From Klebsormidium nitens (taxonomy: Eukaryota > Plantae > Klebsormidiophyceae), in assembly GCA_000708835.1 (NCBI GenBank), contig DF236967.1:186001-250000 (forward strand): a DNA stretch of 64,000 bases, given 5' to 3'. The number at the start of each line of letters is the position of its first letter. Position 1 is the first letter of the stretch. Below are positions 59,401 to 64,000 of this stretch, piece by piece. Below the pieces are notes generated by a model, which was given only the letters and a program-made list of their open reading frames with translations, did not search any database and was not told where the DNA came from. Made by a program: the position numbers and the translations under genes.

Positions 59401-62400
59401 CCGCATACTCGTCCGTTGATCCACGTGAGTTCTAGTCGAGCTTGCGACAATTCTTAAAAGCCCGTATGGATTAACGCAGAATCGATGATGTACGTTTCCC
59501 ACTAGAAGTTTCCTCGTCACAATCCGCCTGTGCAGCGCTAAGGCCGACGAGAACATCCGCGCGATCGGGCCGGCCGACCTGCCGGCGGCTGTGGACGCGT
59601 GCATCGACGCGGCGGGGCACGAGTTCGACGTGCCGCAGCAAAAGGCCCTGCTGCGGGCTGCGGCGTACGGCCGCGCGTTCTGCGCAAAGTTCCCGAGGGA
59701 CCGCTTCCAGGAGGTTTGTAAGGTGGGCGGTTCGAGCCATGCAAGCGTTTGAGTTGGGGATGGTGCGCAGAGGGGAAACAGAGGATGCTGGTAGCGCTTG
59801 ACTTTTTAATCGCACGATATGATCCGCATTTGGGCGGTTCTCCTTGGTTGTATTTGTTAGAAAAAGTTCAAAACTCAAACGTGGGAACAGCAGGCAATCA
59901 TGCGAGTTGAGTTGGGCGAAAAATGGAAGAAAAGCGGACCCCCCGTACCTTTGTCAGAAGGTGTGATTGAAACAATGGCAAGGCTTTGACCAGTTTTCGA
60001 AAAGTAGCTGCTTCCTTATTCGTCATGGAGACGCCGTTCTTGCCGAATCCCTCGGGTCGCTGTTCATTTCCCGATTCTGGCGAGAAGAGATATCTTGTAC
60101 TAGCGTGCCACTGACTCTACTAGTTGCACGTACCTCTCGGATCAAAGTTCGGACTAAAAGGCCGTAACGTCAGACAGAAGCCTTTACAGAGTTGGGAGCG
60201 GGACAAAATGCACGGCCCCTTTCCCCCGCAGGTCCTGCGCGTGTTGAACGCGGTGCGGCACTACGAGACGGGCGTGCCCCTCACTCTGCAGCAGTTCCGT
60301 TTGCTGACCGCCCCCGTGCTCATAGCGCGGCTCGTGAACGCGAACCGACACCTGCTGGCGCTCGAGGTCTCCGACTGGCTGGGCCTAAGCAAGGTGGGGA
60401 AATGCTGAGAGTGTCGGGAATTCGTATGCAGTGCCTTCTGGTGGCGGTAAAACCAGCTTTGTCCACTTCGGGCTACAGGAGGATGTCGACGGATAGATTT
60501 ACGGCCTAGCTAGTGTGAAAGGTGCGACAGAATGTGTTTCTGATTTTAGAGCCCGCTTCGGTGTTGCTCGTCTCGGACGTGAATGCTCGACCGCCCTCAA
60601 ACACGACTCCTCAAGCAAGGGCGCCGGATTCCTGGGACACCTAGCTTCCATTTTTGCTGCACCGCTTATCAGAGTTTCCTCGTTCCGCTTCAACTGCGGC
60701 GTCAACTTCAAGGCAAACTGATCGCAGCGAAAGGCTTGTCCAAGTTGTTGCCTTGTGCTTGTCCCCTCTTACTACGAGTGGCTCCTCAAGCTCTACGTGC
60801 AAGATTGACGAAAAGCATGAGAAGTCGACAGGCTAAGGCTCATAAGGGGAGAGGGGGGAAACAGATTTCCAGCCCCCGGAATCTGACTGCTTGTTACCCG
60901 GCATGTCTTTCGCCAGGAGGCCGTACTGCGCCTCTGGGCGTGCGCCAAGATTTCGGGGGTTAGCTGAGGCTGATTATTTTCTTGGGTTCTCATTATCTCT
61001 CTTGAGGTCATCTGGAAGCCCCTCAAGCTCTACATTTCCTACGAACTACAACTTTGTATTCTGGCAGGAGGCCGTGCTGCGCCACTGGGCGTGCGCCAAG
61101 ATCGAGACAAGCGGTGACGTGGCAGAGGAGGCGATCCTGGAGACGATCGTGAGCAAGCTGCGGACGTCCGCGACCATGTCATACGCCCAGATCGCGGACA
61201 CCGCGCATAAGATGGGGCGGACGCAGCTCGCCGCCATGCTGCTGGACTACGAGCCCAAAGCGGCGGAGCAGGTGACACTAGCGTTCGCTTTGGACTTGCA
61301 TGCAGCCTCTTTCGGCGGTTGTTGGTGTCAACGGCATAAAGTGCGAAGACAACAGCGGCACCTGTCTGTTTCGCCCGTTGATTTTAGAACATCCGGCATG
61401 AGGAATTTTTTTGCCGTTATCTTCTCCTGCGCAATCCTCGTGTCAAACTTTTGGAAGCAGCCGCGGTTTTCCCTCCACTAAACGTCGGTCCAAAAGGCTA
61501 TGTGAGAGGTTTGCTCGAGCGCTCTCGCCACACCAGCGCGCGCCCCTGGACTGACACGTGCCCGTCACGATCATCGAATGTTGCAGGTACCGTTGTTGAT
61601 TCGCATGGGAGAGGACGAGCGCGCCCTCGCCAAGGCGGTCGACAGCGGCGATACCGACCTCGTGTACCTTGCCATCTTCCACCTCCAAAAGCACGTGCCC
61701 GAAAAGGTGAGGGGGCCGGCCCTAGGAGGATGGGGTTGTGGGGGATCGGGGGTTGTGGGGTTTAGGAGGGGGACTTGCGGGTTGTGTCTAGAATAGTTGT
61801 CAGGTACCTGAGCGGTGAGTGCGACTTTATAACCGTTTCTTTGAGGCAGAGAATGGCGCAACTGTCCAGTTGGTTACTTCTTTGTTCGGGCTTTCACCGA
61901 TTGTAGTTGGTCAGGCTGGTCGCTGCTTTTACAAAGGAACATCCGAGGCCGTCTCCGAAACCAGATGCAGGCGCGCTTCTTTGATTGTTTCGGCCGGCTT
62001 TCACAGTATCGTATGCATGGAAGTTCCCTACGTAATCCCTTAACACTACTTTTGGCCTCCTTGGGACTCATGTCCTCGCTCTGGCCGGCTCACTGTAATG
62101 GCACTCGCTGCTTCGTTTGCCTTTCTTGACCCTATCACGAACACTCCTATCACGAACACTCCTTCCTGCAGAAGTTTCCCACATTTCCCACCCGATGCTG
62201 ACCAATCTGTCTTTTCTTCAGGAGCTCTTCCGGATGATTCAGGCCAAGCCCCTGGCCCGCGACCTGTTTGTCTCTTGGACCCGCCAGAACGACCCAGACG
62301 CTCTAAAAAAGTACTTTTTCACCACCGGCAACCCGGCGGCTGCCGCCGAGGTGCTTGTCAAAGAAAGCTATCAGGTGAGTTAGATTTAGCATACGGGCTT

Positions 62401-64000
62401 CGCTTTCGCTTTTGCTGCGATGACAGAACAAGCGGGTGTGTAAGTCCGCAACGGACGTGGCCAGAGCGTAGGTAAAGAGACGGGTGTGTGCCACTCTTTA
62501 GCACGAGTCTCCGAGCCTGTCCAGGTTTTTGCCCCACCGCTCTGCGAGCGTACCCGGCGTTAAGCGCAAGCTGCCAGTGTCGACGCATCCGCCTCAATAA
62601 TTCTGAAACCTTTTCTTTCCAGTTGGACAGCTGCGCTTTTCCAGGGTATCTGAGTGTTCGGTGGGCATATGAGTTCCTCAATTCTCTAGAAAAGCGGACG
62701 GCACAAAGCGGGATCTGTTTAGATCACAAAAGCCTCTGCTAGTATCTCCACTCTGCTCAATTTTTACGACCCGTTTTGGCTTCGTTCTGGCACTTGTTAG
62801 GCTCTTTCTTGGACGAGAATCCACGTAGCGGGTATATTCAATGCTTTAGACACGTGCCTCAGGCTGCGCTGGAGCGGTCTGGCCGCGGGAGCGCCCTGAC
62901 GACCCCGCGCATCAAGATCCTGGAGCAGGCGATCGAGCTGTACTCGCAGAACAAAGAGTACGCCTTCCATGCCAAAATGGCCGACGAGGCCGCCAAGCTG
63001 CTCAAGTGAGGCTCCGCTCCCGCCTTATGTATCCGCAGATCATTATAGATTTAATTTGTCCTTTCGAATTTGCTGGCGCCCACTGTGCCGAATTAGCGAC
63101 AGGAAGTTGTGCGATAACCGTACTTCCCGTGCCGCTTCTCTTTCCCCTTTTCAGTACAATAAGCAAATGTGGAGTCTTGTAAAGCGCCCAGATCTGTTTC
63201 GGGCAGTGACGCACAGCGAGAGTCTGCCGCCCCTGATATATCTTGAGCGCATCTTTTTCCCTCTTGTTTTGTGCACCCACGACATGCTTTGTGAAGGGCG
63301 CTCTCTGTAAATTCGCGCTTTTAATCACCACCGCAAACCAGAGCCTCCCGCTGATTTCTACGACATTGTCCTTCTATACGCCCAGGGCGCAGCAGGAGCT
63401 GGAGATCAGCACGCGGCAGGACGTGTTCGTGGACAGCAGCGTCAGCGACTCCATCCGAACGTGCATTGCAATGGGCAACCACAAGGCCGCCCAGAAACTG
63501 AGGGTCGACTTCAAGGTACGTGAGCCAGCCGGCTAACTGCTCGACTTCGTGCGCAGTCTATCCTTATATCTCGATTTTTCATGATTCACAAGTAGCAGGA
63601 TGAAAAGGAGACACTGCTTGATCTGACGCGCCGACCAGCCCTGTATCTTCGTATCTTGTCACTCTGGAGCATTGAGATTCAAACGGGAAGCGGACGGATA
63701 GGGTAGCCACGTGCTGATAGTCTGGCACTGATACCTTTCGTGTTCAAAAGCCACGCAGATTAAACCTCCGGCAATAGGTCCGCATTCGATCAAATCATAC
63801 AAGCTAATGATGAAGCTCCTGCCCCTGAACTTCGGCTGAGCTTTCTTTAGGTGCCCGACAAGCGCTTCTACTGGCTGAAGATCAAGGCCCTGGCGCACGC
63901 CCGCGACTGGGACGCCCTCGACAAGTTTGCGCGCGAGCGGAAGCCCCCCGTCAGCTACGCGGCTTTTGCAGAGGCGTGCATCGAGCAGGGCGTGAACAGC
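56442..64000 (+). CDS. VPS16: VPS16/VACUOLELESS1, HOPS/CORVET tethering complex subunit; multi-exon, 3' end lies outside the window
   Basis: MAISNSAEWNELYNRFYCKLEVYTMCW...ACAK|FGGPIATVRD; MAVSPNGNFLACFT; LVWCGTDSVLLYW; VLVPECDGVRLLS; LLRAAAYGRAFC; LRVLNAVRHYETGVPLT; HWACAKI; SYAQIADTAH...LAAMLLDYEPKAAEQ|VPLLIRMGEDERALAKAVDSGDTDLVYL; DFK|VPDKRFYWLKIKALA. Confidence 0.96.
60914..60951 (+). repeat. duplicated copy of the VPS16 splice acceptor and exon start (38 nt, 36/38 identical to 61065-61102)
   Basis: CAGGAGGCCGTACTGCGCCTCTGGGCGTGCGCCAAGAT versus CAGGAGGCCGTGCTGCGCCACTGGGCGTGCGCCAAGAT. Confidence 0.92.
62131..62160. repeat. perfect 15-bp tandem duplication (CCTATCACGAACACT x2) in a VPS16 intron
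   Basis: Read directly: 62131-62145 and 62146-62160. Confidence 0.9.

Noticed and set aside
59722-59740. GGTTCGAGCC, similar to a Pol III B-box / tRNA T-loop
   Set aside because: No A-box, acceptor stem or cloverleaf. It sits right after a VPS16 splice donor.
61757-61772. GGGGTTTAGG, possible interstitial telomere
   Set aside because: Only one imperfect unit and no tandem array. Treated as part of a G-rich tract.
1-64000. CRISPR array, rRNA, tRNA or autonomous transposase / reverse-transcriptase gene
   Set aside because: No regularly spaced repeat-spacer array and no rRNA or tRNA signatures. I recognised no RT, integrase or DDE motifs in any ORF. The DNA is eukaryotic and almost fully explained by spliced housekeeping genes.

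Overview
This is eukaryotic, intron-rich nuclear DNA, not prokaryotic. It has GT-AG introns, a plant-like gene set and compact gene spacing, and most resembles a streptophyte green alga such as Klebsormidium; that assignment is inference. I reconstructed 13 spliced protein-coding genes by hand. In order they are GCN1 (-, runs off the left edge), PET117 (+), POP1 (+), an OsmC/YhfA-fold protein (-) that the ORF track does not show, SPT2 (+), a plastid J20-type DnaJ (+), mitochondrial-type NADH-cytochrome b5 reductase (-), BRCC36 (+), an F-box protein (-), a DUF1499 plastid protein (+), GABA transaminase (-), AP-2 mu (-) and VPS16 (+, runs off the right edge). Five divergent head-to-head pairs organise the window. 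The most unusual observations are: (1) PET117 stops only 20 nt before the POP1 ATG, a candidate bicistronic locus; (2) the six-exon OsmC-fold gene has a probable plastid transit peptide and has lost both catalytic cysteines, a candidate pseudo-peroxidase of bacterial type; (3) a near-identical copy of a VPS16 exon start, with its own splice acceptor, lies just upstream of the real exon; (4) a hAT-like foldback remnant sits in a cytochrome b5 reductase intron. I found no tRNA, rRNA, CRISPR array or autonomous transposon. Gene identities come from recalled homologue motifs, not database searches, and exon boundaries were read manually.
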